The position numbers and the translations under genes were made by a program. From Scyliorhinus canicula (lineage: Eukaryota), in assembly GCF_902713615.1 (NCBI RefSeq), contig NC_052148.1, forward strand, positions 178,731,262 to 178,795,261: a DNA stretch of 64,000 nucleotides. The letters are read 5' to 3'. The notes under the pieces were generated by a model. The model saw only the letters and a program-made list of their open reading frames with translations. It had not been told where the DNA came from and did no database searches. Below, one piece after another: positions 36,337-48,375 of the stretch (the first letter of the stretch is position 1; each line of letters starts with the position of its first letter).

Positions 36337-38030
36337 CCCCAACCGCCTTCTTCCTAATCATGGCTATATTGGCCGCCCAATAGTAATTGCTAAAGTTCGG
36401 CAGCACCAACACGCTCTCCCCCCCCCCCCCCCGGCTACTCTCTAGCATCCCCTTTTTTACTTGCGGGGTCTTGCCCGTCCATACAACGCCAGAGATCACC
36501 CTGTTGACCCGTTTAAAAAAGGCCCGTGGAATAAAGATGGGGAGACACTGAAACACAAACAGGAATCTCAGGAGCACTGTAACTTTCACCGTCTGTACCC
36601 TCCCAGCCAGTGATAGTGGGAGCATGTCCCACCTTCGGAGGTCTTCCTTCATTTGGTCCACCAGTCGGGTCAAATTATCTTATGTAGCCTTTCCCATTCC
36701 CATGCCACCTGGATGCCTAGATACCAAAAGCTTCCCCCTACCACCCTAAATGGCAACTCCCCCAGTCACCTCTCCTGCCCCCTTGCCTGGATCCCAAACA
36801 CCTCACTTTTCCCCATGTTCAATTTATAACCCGAAAACCGGCCAAATTCCCCCAGAATCCTCATAATTTCTCCCATCCCCTCTAGTGGGACAGAAACCTA
36901 TAGGAGCAGGTCACCTGCTTATAGCGAGACTCTGTGTTCCACCCCTCCCCAAACCAGCCCCTTCCAGTCCCTTGAGGCTTTCAGCGCAATTGCCGCAGCT
37001 CTATGGCCAGCGCGAACAGCAGTGGGGAGAGGGGGCAACCCTGCCTCGATCCCCGGTGCAACCTAAAATAGCCCAATGTCAACATATTCGGCCGTACACT
37101 CGCCACAGGTGCCTGATACAGCAGCCTAACCCAGTTGATGAAACCTCGTCCAAACCCAAACCGCCCCAGCACCTCCCACAGATACGTCCATTCCACCCGA
37201 TCAAATGCCTTCTCTGCGTCCATTGCGACCATTACCTCTACTCCCCTACCCTCTGGGGGGCATCATGATCACATTCAACAGTCTTCTAACATTGGCCTGC
37301 CCTTAACAAATCCCGTCTGGTCCTCGTCAATCACATCCAGAATGCAGTCTTCTATCTTTGAGGACAAGATTTTGGCCAACAGTTTGGCGTCAACATTTAA
37401 TAAGGAGATCGGTCTGTAGGACCCGCATAGCTCCGGGTCCTTCTCCCACTTCAAGATCAGTGAGATCGTGGCCTGTGACATTGTCGGGGGTAGCACCCCA
37501 CTTTCCCTTGCCTCTTTAAATGTCCTCATCAGCAGCGACCCCAGCATCCCAGAGAACGTTTTATAAAACTCCACTGGGTACCCATCCGGTCCCGGGACTT
37601 TACCCGACTGCATGGCCTTCAGCCCTTCTGCTATTTCTTCAATCCCAATCGGGGCCCCCAGCCCTTCTGCCGAGCAATCGATTCCCTAATCGGGTCCCAA
37701 GCATTCCTGTTTCTGCTTGGCGAATCCCTGAATAAACTTCATCAACTGCTCCATCGACCGCTGGGTCGGCGAGCCAGGACTCTGGTCGTCCGCCATGCTT
37801 TTCCCGCTGCAGCTTCAACCCAGGCCTTCTCTGTTTGCCTAATTCTTCCTTTGCGAGCACTCCTGGTCCGCCTATCCATGCACTGGTGTGGGACTCCCCC
37901 TTACGGTCGCGTCCACCATCGATTTTTCAAGTAAAATCCAAGAAAAAATCGGGGAAAAGGTCCAAAGGTCCACCCCGAGCGGGAGCCACCAAATGTGAGA
38001 CCTACTCCTTCATGGCCACCACCGGAAGTC
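35044..38030 (-). mobile_element. Decayed, internally deleted L1-clade LINE with both termini
   Basis: RT fragments GKVPGPDGYPVEFYK, YRPISLLNVDAKLLAK, DAEKAFDRVEW, RQGCPLSPLLF and LPLSLAGRV. 5' end GACTTCCGGT. TSD CAATT(T/C)CTGGAATCTT at 35028-35043 and 38031-38046. Confidence 0.92.
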
Positions 38031-38973
38031 CAATTCCTGGAATCTTAACTGTGCTGGAACTTTGTCATTGCCTTTTAGACTATTTAATTAGATCATCAAA
38101 TTCCCAAATTACATCCTTTGTGACTGACATGGGAAACTTTCCCTCTCAATCCTTCTTAATGTTTCTGCAGACAGCAAGAGGGGCCATCCACAGATAATCT
38201 GTCAGCTTTAACAGGAATGTTTGGTATCATTTTTGTGGCATTTTAATGCAGTAGCATGGAAGGGATATGCTGTGATTGGAATGACTAAGAGGATTGTTGG
38301 TTAGAATATGTTCCTTATTCATTCACATTGTTAGTTAGCCCAACATTTATTTCCTACCTCTGATTGCCCTTTAGAAGGTGGTGGTGAGCTGCCCTCATGA
38401 ACTGCTGTGGTCTGTGTGATTCAGGAGCACCTCCAATGCCATTAGGAAAGGAGTTTCAGGATTTTGACCCTGAGATAGTGAAGCAACAACAACATAGTAC
38501 CAAGTTATGATGGTCTATGGCTTGGAGGTAACCTTGCAGGTGGTGGAGCTCCCATGCATTTGCTGTCCCTGTCCTCAAACAGGTAGAGGTCACTCATAGA
38601 CTTGGAAGGTGCTGTCGAAGGAGACTGGTTGAGTTACTGTAGTGCATCTTGCAGATGGTACACACTGCTGCCATTGTGCATCAGTGGTGGAGGGAGTGAA
38701 TGTTTCATTCAGGTAGTGGGCAGGGTGTCAATGAAGCGGACTGCTTTGTTGTGGATGGTATCAAGCTGCTTGAATATTGCTGGAGCTGCACTTATCCAGG
38801 TAAGTGGAGACTATTTGATCACAACCCTGATTTGCGCCTCCTACATCGTGGACAGGCCTTGGGAAGTCAGGGTGTGTGCTGCTCTCTGCAGAATTCCCAG
38901 TCTCTGACCTGCTCTTTTCGCCTCAGTATTTATATGGCTCGTCCAGTTCAGTTTACGATGAATGGTGTTGTGC

Positions 38974-39947
38974 AGCAGATTATTATACAAAAATAATCTC
39001 AGGCGATTCAGGTACACAATGATCCTTTTTTTTTGTCAACACATTGGGTGAGCACTTCTCAGTATTTCTGAAGCAGGACCCTACCCAACTGAAAATCCAT
39101 GAAATACTTATATATTGAGATTCATGTAGGCAGTACATTACTTAAATTCTAATGTTGCCTTTTTTTAGGTTTGCGTCAAACAATTTTCAGATGTTCACAA
39201 GACAGGGGGCGGGATTCCCTCACCCTGGGATTGGCAACTGGAGCAGCGTGGATCGCTCCAGTGCCGTGCTGGCCCCCTCTAGAGGTCAGAATCGCTGCTC
39301 CTGAAGCCATGTTCTCCACGGCTTTTACAACGGTGTCAACACTTAGCCTCAGGATCAGAGAATCCCGCCCAGGGTGCCTGTTACCCGAAGAATTATCTGC
39401 CTTCCCTATCTCTTTGAAGCTCCTCCTAATCTCTTGTTGTTGCCAGGTTCGGCCTTGCACTGCTAACTTTGTTTGCTAACTCAGGTCTTTGAAGTAGTAC
39501 AGAGGCTACCAGGCATTCAAGTTACTGATATGGACCCTAAAGACATCTGGGGTTCTGATACTAGCTGGTTTAACCACGTAAGCATTCAGCAAGTGGCTCC
39601 TAAGTATCTTTGCCACACCAGCATGTTAGCTGGGTGGTATTTTTTTACCCTAAATGTGGAAATTTACTTAATCTTTTCTGATGCAATTATGTAGTTTCAA
39701 ATCCCTCTAAAATTCCCTTTAGTAAATTACATGGATTCCCTAAATCCTTCTTTGATGTAAATATTTAATCCCTTTAAAGGTCCCTTAATAAACCAAATCA
39801 TTATCGATCCTAATAAATTGCTGTAATAAGCAATATTCATTATTTCCCTCTAACATTCTCTGAAGTAGTGCTCTCCCAATGTGTTGGCAAAATAAATGAT
39901 TCCTCTGTATCTGAGTTTCCTGAGTGTATTTTGTATAATAAACTGCT
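38974..39947. mobile_element. Non-autonomous DNA transposon with about 100-bp imperfect TIRs
   Basis: 38974-39075 (agcagattattatacaaaa...caacacattgggtgagcact) is the inverted counterpart of 39855-39947; a small MITE is nested at 39205-39370. Confidence 0.65.
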
Positions 39948-39954
39948 TTAGAAA

Positions 39955-42900
39955 AATGGTAACAACAGGGAAGACAGTGCAATGTTCCTCCTGCAGAGTG
40001 TTTGAGGTGAGGGACGCCGTCAGTGTCCCTGCTGATTTCACCTGTGGGAAGTGCACCTATCTCCAGCTCCTCAGAAACCGTGTTAGGGAACTGGAGCTGG
40101 AGCTGGATGAACTTTGGATCATTCAGGAGGCAGAGGTGGTCATAGATAGAAGCTTCCAGGGATGTAGTTACTCTGAAGAATAAAGATAGATGGGTGACGG
40201 TGAGAGGGGCTGGAAGGAAGCAGTCAGTATAGGGATCCCCTGTGGTCGTTCCCCTTAGTAACAAGTATACCGCTTTGGATACTGTGGGGGGGGGATGACT
40301 TACCAGGGGTAAGCCATGGGGTACAGGTCTCTGGCACAGAGTCTGTCCCTGTTGCTCAGAAGGGAAGGGGGGAGAGGAGTAGAGCATTAGTCATTGGAGA
40401 CTCCATAGTTAGGGGGATAATTAGGAGATTCTGTGGGAACATGAGAGACTCGCGGGTGGTGTGTTGCCTCCCAGGTGCCAGCGTCCGCGATGTCTCGGAT
40501 CATGTTTTCGGGATCCTTAAGGGGGAAGGGGAGCAGCCCCAAGTCGTGGTCCACATAGGCACCGACGACATAGGTAGGAAAAGGGATAGGGATGTAAGGC
40601 AGGAATTCAGGGAGCTAGGGTGGAAACCTAGATCTAGAACAAACAGAGTTATTATCTCTGTGTTGTTACCCGTGACACGTGCTAGCGAGATGAGGAATAG
40701 GGAGAGAGAGCAGTTGAACACGTGGCTGCAGGGATGGTGCAGGAGGGAGGGTTTCAGATTCCTGGACAATTGGGGCTCATTCTGGGGTAGGTGGGACCTC
40801 TACAAACGGGGTGGTCTACACCTGGACCAGAGGGGTACCAATATCCTGGGGGGGGGGGGGGGGGGGACATTTGCTAATGCTCTTCGGGAGGGTTTAAACT
40901 AGTTCAGCAGGGGTTTGGGAACCTGAATTGCAGCTCCAGTCTCCAGCAGGTTGAGAGTAGTGAGATCATGAGTAAGGTTTCTAAGTTGCAGGAGTGGACC
41001 AGCAGGTAGAAAGGTGGTTTAAAGTGTGTCTATTTCAATGCTAGGAGCATCTGGAATAAGGTGGGTGAACTTGCGGCATGGGTTGGTACCTAGGACTTCG
41101 ATGTTGTGGCCATTTCGGAGACATGGATAGAGCAGGGACAGGAATGGTTGTTGCAGGTTCCGGGTTTAGATATTTCAGTAAGCTCTGGGAAGGTGGTAAA
41201 AGAGGGGGAGGGGTGGCTTTGTTAGTCAAGGACAGTATTACGGTGTCAGAAAGGACGTTTGATGAGGACTCTGTCTACTGAGGTAGTATGGGCTGAGGTT
41301 AGAAACAGGAAAGGAGAGTTCACCCTGTTAGGAGTTTTCTATAGCCTCTGAAAAGTTCCAGAGATGTAGAGGAAGGGATTGCAAAGATGATTCTGGATAG
41401 GAGCGAAAGTAACGGGGTAGTTGTTATGGGGGACTTTAACTTTCCAAATATTGACTGGAAATGCTATAGTTCGAGTACTTTCGATGGGTCCGTTTTTGTC
41501 CAATGTGTGCAGGAGGGTTTCCTGATGCAGTATGTAGATAGGCCAACAAGAGGCGAGGCCATATTGGATTGGTACTGAGTAATGAACCAGGACAGGTGTT
41601 ACATTTGGAGGTAGGTGAGCACTTTGGTGATAGTGACCACAATTCGATTCCGTTTACTTTAGCGATGGAAAAGGATAGGTATATACCGCAGTGCAAGAGT
41701 TATTGCTGGGGGAAAGGCAATTATGATGCGATGAGGCAAGACTTAGGATGCATCGGATGGGGAAGCAAACTGCAGGGGATGGGCACAATTGAAATGTGGA
41801 GCTCGTACAAGGAACAGCTACTGCGTGTCCTTGATAAGTATGTACCTGTCAGGCAGGGAGGAAGTGGTCGAGTGAGGGAACCGTGGTTTACTAAAGTAGT
41901 TGAACCACTTGTTAAGAGGAAGAAGGAGGCTTATGTAAAGATGAGACGTGAAGGTTCAGTTAGGACGCTCGAGAGTTATAAGTTAGCAAGGAAGGAACTA
42001 AAGTGAGAGCTAAGAAGAGCCAGGAGGGGACATGGGAATTCTTTGGCAGGTAAGATCAAGAATAACCCTAAAGCTTTCTATAGATATGTCAGGAATAAAA
42101 GAATGACTGGGGTAAGTGTAGGGCCAGTCAAGGACAGTAGTGGGAAGTTGTACATGGAGTCTGAGGAGATAGGAGAGGTGCTAAATGAATATTTTTCATC
42201 AGTATTCACACAGGAAAAAGACAATGTTGTTGAGGAGAATACTGAGATACAGGTGGCTAGATTAGAGGGGCTTGAGGTTCATAAGGAGGAGCTGTTAGCA
42301 ATTCTGGAAAGTGTGAAAATAGATAAGTTCCCTGGGCCGGATGGGATTTACTTTAGGATTCTCTGGGAAGCTAAGGAGGAGATTGCTGAGCCTTTTGCTT
42401 TGATCTTTATGTCATCATTGTCTACAGGAATAGTGCCAGAAGACTGGAGGATAGCAAATGTTGTCCCCTTGTTCATGAAGGGGAGTAGAGACAACCCCGG
42501 TAACTAGAGACCAGTGAGCCTTACTTCTGTTGTGGGCAAAGTCTTGGAAAGGTTTATAAGAGATAGAATATATAATCATCTAGAAAGGAATAATTTGATT
42601 AAGGATAGTCAACACGGTTTTGTGAAGGGGAGGTGGTACCTCACAAACCTTATTGAGTTCTTTGAGAAGGTGACCAAACAGGTGGATGAGGGTAAAGCAG
42701 TTGATGTGGTGTATATGGATTTCAGTAAAGTGTTTGATAAGGTTCCCCACGGTAGGCTATTGCAGAAAATACGGAGGCATGGGATTCAGGATGATTTAGC
42801 AGTTTGGATCAGAAATTGGCTAGCTGGAAGAAGACAAAGGGTGGTGGTTGATGGGAAATGTTCAGCCTGGAGTCCAGTTACTAGTGGGGTACCACAAGGA

Positions 42901-43870
42901 TCTGTTTTGGGGCCACTGCTGTTTGTCATTTTTATAAATGACCCAGGGGAGGGCGTAGAAGGATGGGTGAGTAAATTTGCAGATGACACTAAAGTCGGTC
43001 GATTGTGGACAGTGCGGAAGGATGTTACAAGTTACAGAGGGACATAGATAAGCTGCAGAGCTGGGCTGAGAGGTGGCAAATGGAGTTTAATGCAGAAAAG
43101 TGTGAGGTGATTCATTTTGGAAAGAATAACAGGAAGACAGAGTACTGGGCTAATGGTAAGATTCTTGGCAGTGTGGATGAGCTGAGAGATCTCGGTGTCC
43201 ATGTACATAGATCCCTGAAAGTTGCCACCCGGGTTGAGAGGGTTGTTGAGAAGGCGTACGGTGTGTTAGCTTTTATTGGTCGGGGATTGAGTTTCGGAGC
43301 CATGAGGTCATGTTGCAGCTGTACAAAACTCTGGTGCGGCCGCATTTGGGGTATTGCGTGCAATTCTGGTCGCCGCATTACAGGAAGGATGTGGAAGCAT
43401 TGGAAAGGATGCAGAAGAGATTTACCAGGATGTTGCCTGGTATGGAGGGAAGATCTTATGAGGGAAGGCTGAGGGACATGAGGCTGTTTTCGTTAGAGAG
43501 AAGAAGGTTAAGAGGTGACTTAATTGAGGCATGCAAGATGATCAGAGGATTAGATAGGGTGGACAGTGAGAGCCTTTTTCCTCGGATGGAGATGTCTAGC
43601 ACGAGGGGACAGCTTTAAATTGAGGGGAGATAGATATTGGGCAGATGTCAGAGGTAGTTTCTTTACTCAGAGAGTAGTAAGGGTGTGGAATGCCCTGCCT
43701 GCAACAGTAGTGGACTCGCCAACATTAAGGGCATTTAAATGGTCATTGGATAAACATATGGATGTTAAGGGAATAGCGTAGATGGGCTTTAGAGTGGTTT
43801 CACAGGTTGGCACAACATTGAGGGCCGAAGGACCTGTACTGCGCTGTAATGTTCTATGTTCTATGTTCTA
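39955..43870 (+). mobile_element. Near full-length CR1-clade (HER1-like) LINE, frameshifted
   Basis: ORF1 zinc finger (CSSC..FTCGKC) plus SGNH-esterase motifs (GDS, VVHIGTDD, GLHL). ORF2 APE (MGDFNFP, SDHN) and RT ([34 protein letters not shown]). 3' tail (gttctat)n. Confidence 0.95.
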
Positions 43871-43939
43871 CACCCAGGGAAATTGATATTGGGGATTCCG
43901 CACTGCCATTGACATTGAATGTCAAGGGGAGATGGTCAG

Positions 43940-45470
43940 TGTCATGTTATTATACTGATATAATACCTTGGGCTTATGTACTGTACAAGAAACAAGGTAC
44001 CAATTGCTCATAAGGAAAGGAAACACATTGTGGGTTCATTTATTAAGACTCAGCACATGAGAACAGCTACACATTGGTATAAAGTGTGAAGACATCAAAG
44101 CTGTATACAGTGCTCTGCCTCAAAACAAATGTGAAACTGAGACTAAATCACATGACACACTTCTCTTCATGCTGATATTTCTTAAAGGCATATTACAACA
44201 TGCTTCTTTCTTTTTCAAAGGTGCTTTCCCCCTTCCAAAAAGTATAGCGGTTTACAATATATGTTCACCCTGGCTACTGGTACATAAGTGCACAGAACTG
44301 ATGAATCTTTGAGGATCTAAAGCTCAACCTGGTAATGCACTCAGATCTTGCAATAGTAAGCTTGTCTGTAGTTTTGTTAATTGCTCACGGTGATCTGGAG
44401 GATTGCAATTCTTGGATGTTGCTACTGGTTACATTTGAGGACCTTATCCCAGACATAAGAGTACTGTACAATGGTTGAGGAGCTGAAACGGATCTGATTT
44501 GTCTTCGGTTTGTCTGCGCGATGACTTCATAGGACATTGATTGTGAACAAATTCTTGTCACCTCGGCTGGTTGCCATGTACCTTCTGTAGGATGCTGGAT
44601 ACTAGCTTGTAAACTTGGCAATTCTATACCCAATTTTTATCATGATGTTGGTCACCTTCTCCTGTAGTTTTAAAAGTTGCCATCCAGTTTCTGAGATAGT
44701 AAAATGAGCAATGGAGGTAAATGGGGATGCACTGGTCGGCCAAAAATAAGCTATGACAGTGATGGACTAGTTGCATCACTGTCAGATGTAACATTGCGAT
44801 TTCTCTTGGTCTGTCTACATTGAGAATGAGAGATTTCACCCTACTTGCTCACTCAGTTAGACCATTAGATATAGGGGCATGATGGGGAGTAGAGGTGTGA
44901 TCGATATTCCAATTCTCATACACATTCTGAATTGGCTTACCAATAAATTGTCGACCGTTATCCATAATGATCTCTCTCGGTACAGCAAATAAACTGAAAA
45001 TAGTACTTTGAGTATGCACAACATTTATGAATGATGTTTTGTGCAACTGTTGAATAATGGGGTACTTGGTGAAGTTGTTGATGATGTTGAAGTCAGTGCC
45101 ATGGGCATGAAAGAGGTCAAATGTGACTTTGAACCCTGGATAAGTAAGGACGCCTGTATAGAATCAGTGGTGCTTTGTGTTGACTTGGTATATGTTCTTG
45201 ACATGCCTCGCACCTCTTGACAATGACTTTAATGTAATTGTTCAAACCCAGCAAATAGGCTGTCTCTCTTGTGAGTCCCCTTGTCTGATCTATGCCCATG
45301 TGTGAGTGATCAAGTTATTCAAGTATATCAGGTCACCAAGATTCTGGTACGAAGACCGGCCTGCCTTTAAAAATGACTAGGCTAACGTCCCGATAAGGCC
45401 AAAATGGTCTCACTTGATATTGGAGGTGCTGAATTGAATTAGATTATCTTTCAATGATGCTTTTCCACCG
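43940..45470 (-). mobile_element. Gypsy-like LTR retrotransposon remnant: integrase, PPT and 3' LTR (43940-44200)
   Basis: HMGIDQT..CEACQ integrase Zn motif; VPREIIMDNGRQF..SNGLTE rve core; purine tract next to a TG...CA LTR. Confidence 0.85.
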
Positions 45471-45955
45471 TTTCTGTCGTGTAGAATCATTCACTCCAAT
45501 TTTGCCAGGGCTCCTTGATGCCACAGTCACTCAAATGCTGCCTGGAAGTCAAGGACAGTCACTCTCATCCCACCTCTTGAGTTCAGCTGTTTTGTCAATA
45601 TTCAGACTAAGGCAACAGTGAGGTCAGAAGCTGAGTGGCCCCGAGAATCAGTGAACAATTTATTTGGTAAGACGTGCCGCTTGTTAGCAATAACTTTACT
45701 AATGATTGAGAGTAGACCGATTGAACGGTAATTGGCTAGGTTGGATTTATCCTGCTGTTGGTGGAGAAGATATAGATGAGCAATTGTTCGCACTGTGAAG
45801 CTGATGCCAGTGTTCTAGTTATGCTGGAACAGCTTGGCTAGGGGTATTGTTTCTTCCAAGTGGTGTTCAACATGGAGGGGTACTGATTCATCAGGTGAAG
45901 GGGTGTGGTGGGTAGTAATCAGCAGGAGTTTCCATGCCCATGTTTGACCTAATTG

Positions 45956-46352
45956 GGCGACACGGTAGTACAGTGGGTGGCATGGTAGCACAATAGGTGG
46001 CACGGTAGCACAATGGGTGGCATGGTAGCACAGTGGATAGCACTGTCGCTTCACAGCTCCAGGGTCCCACGATTGATTCCGAGCTTGTGTCACTGTCAGT
46101 GCGGAGTCTGCACGTTCTCCCAGTGTCTGCATGGGTTTCCTTCGGATGCTCCAGTTTCCTCCCACAGTCCAAAGACGTGCAGGTTAGATGGATTGGCCAT
46201 GCTAAATTGCCCTTAGTGTTCAAAGGGGTTTGGTGGGTTACGGTTATGGGGTGAAGGTGTGGGTTTAAGTGGGGTGCTCTTTCCAAGTGCCAGTGCAGAC
46301 TCAATGGGCCAAATGGCCTCCTTCTGCACTGTAAATTTTATGTCTATGTCTA
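45956..46352 (+). repeat. HE1/V-SINE-type SINE with a 4x20-bp tandem head
   Basis: Units GGYGRCAYGGTAGYACARTR at 45956, 45976, 45996 and 46016, then a normal SINE body. Confidence 0.85.
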
Positions 46353-46944
46353 ATGCCACAAGATTTCAAGGGATCTGGAGACAATGTTGAGGACTCCTAG
46401 GATAACTCCTTCCAAACTATATACCCCTGTGCTGGCACCTCTGGTGGGTTTGTCATGCAGGTGGGACAGGACATATCCAGGGTTGGTGATGGTGCTGTTT
46501 GGGACATTGTGAGGGATGATTTGGTGAGCAAGACTAGTCTATCATACAGCTCTCCCAATTTTGGCACATTCCCCAGATGTTGGTTAGGAGGACTTTGCAG
46601 GGTTGGCTGTTATCATTTCCAGTGACTTGGTCAATTCTGGGTGGCCTGTCTGGTTTTTAGACTTTTCAAAACTTTAATACAACTAGGACATTTCAGAGGG
46701 CATTTAAGAGTCAACAACATCACTGTGGGTCTCGTGTCATTTGGAGGTCAGCAGAATTCCTTCCCAAAAGGGCATTCGTGAGCCAGATAGGTTTTTATGA
46801 CAATCGTTTGGTCAACATTACTGCAACTAGTTCCTGATTTCATTAATTGATCCCAATTTCCAGCAGCTGCTCTTGTGAGATTTGAACCCACGACCACAGG
46901 ACATTAACCTGAATTGTTAATCTCTAGGCCACTGTCTCCCCCAT

Positions 46945-47760
46945 TATCAAGGCCGGATTCACAGTGGGAATTCTGTTAAGCCCCATGGATACCTAACAAG
47001 GAACATCAAGCCGTCAGAATATTTTAGGAATTAACTGTTGGAAAGAAGTATTTGCTTTCGTATCAGACTAACCAAGATGTTGTGATCTCTTCTGGCTGTG
47101 TGTTTAAAAGTCCCCTCGAGACCTTCCTGTCTACTACTACATTGGAGCAAAGTCAAACATGATCCAAAGAGCTACTTGGAATATAAAATAATCGGATTTC
47201 TTGGAATTCACACAGATTCTCCAACGCTGGCTGTGGTTTGAATAAAATCTGACTCTGGAACTTTCTTCACCACTGTACAAACCCAGGGGAGGAGTTACCA
47301 CAGCTGTAACCTCAGCCCTTTACAAATCATTAACTGAAACTTGAATCACCTCCTGGACTCTTATCTAATCACTGACCTGCTTGTGAACAGCTACTGTGGT
47401 GAAATTCTGTTCAAGGAAACAGAATGATTTCCTCTAAAGTTTTCATACATAGCCATGAAAATCTCTTGTGACCATGGCTGGGTGGGGGAGGGAGTAGAAG
47501 ACCTGGATCTGAAAACATTGGTGAGGGGCTTCCCCTGGAGCTGGTTTCAATGTGATTACATAATGTAGGGATTGGTTTATCAGGTGATTCCCAGTGTCGG
47601 ATAGCAGTGTAAAGGGTAGTTTAATGCTGCAGAATGGGTAATGTTCCTGCATTTACAAGCACAGGGGATGAAGTATTGGTGTCTCTTAACACTGTGGGAG
47701 GCGAATATTTGGAAATGGCAGGCTGGAGAAAAGAACAATTCTGGAATATTTGAAGGAGGC
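46945..47760 (+). promoter_or_regulatory. Conserved distal non-coding block A, unit 3 (its 5' part lies at 38170-38320)
   Basis: More diverged paralog. GAS TTCTTGGAA 47198-47206, NF-kB GGGGCTTCCC 47525-47534. Confidence 0.55.
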
Positions 47761-47769
47761 CTAGAACAG

Positions 47770-48375
47770 GGGGCGGGATTCTCTAATCCTGAGGCTGTGT
47801 GTTGACGCCATTATAAACGCCGTCTCGACGGCGTCAACATGGCCTCAGGAGCAGCAATTCTAAACCTTTCAGGGAGCCAGCACGGCTCTGGAGCGAGCCA
47901 CGCCGCTCCAGCTGTCGATTCCCGGCGTCAGATGGCCGCCGTGGGCCTGCGCATACGTAGTGGGACCGGCTAGATTGCAGCGCATGCGCAGTGGCTCCCT
48001 CCTCTGCGCTGGCCCTGACGCAACATGGCGTAGGGCTACAGGGACCGGTGCGGAACAAAGAGGCCCCCAGCCCGAGAGGCTGGCCCGCTAATCGGTAGGC
48101 CCCGATTGCGGGCCAGGCCACAGTAGAGGCCACCCCCGGAGTCGGACCCCCCTCCCCCCACCAGGTCGCCCCCTCCCCCCCCCCCCCAGATGCATCCACG
48201 CCGAAAGTCCCGCTGGCTAAGAGCAGGTGTGGACGGCGCCGGCGGGAGCCGGCTTTTTTTGCGGGGCCGCTCGGCCCATCCCGGACCGAGAATTGCCGAA
48301 TGCCGCACACCGTGGCAGGATTCGCGCCGGTCTCGTCGATTCCCCGGCCCAGCCCGGGGTGAGAGAATCCCGGCC
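47770..48375. mobile_element. GC-rich Harbinger-type MITE
   Basis: GGGCGGGATTCTCT ... GAGAGAATCCCGGCC TIRs. Confidence 0.8.

Larger units (their letters stand above)
38320..46690 (-). mobile_element. Old minus-strand LINE (pieces 38320-38970, 43870-43940, 45470-45955, 46355-46690) hosting nested insertions
   Basis: RT-like fragment KSNLANYRSIGLLSIISKVI; 3' tail at 38320-38400 resembles the tail at 48400-48480; the pieces resume on both sides of the nested elements. Confidence 0.6.

Noticed and set aside
45956-46035. Short periodic repeat resembling a CRISPR array
   Set aside because: No spacers, eukaryotic context, and the units are SINE head sequence.
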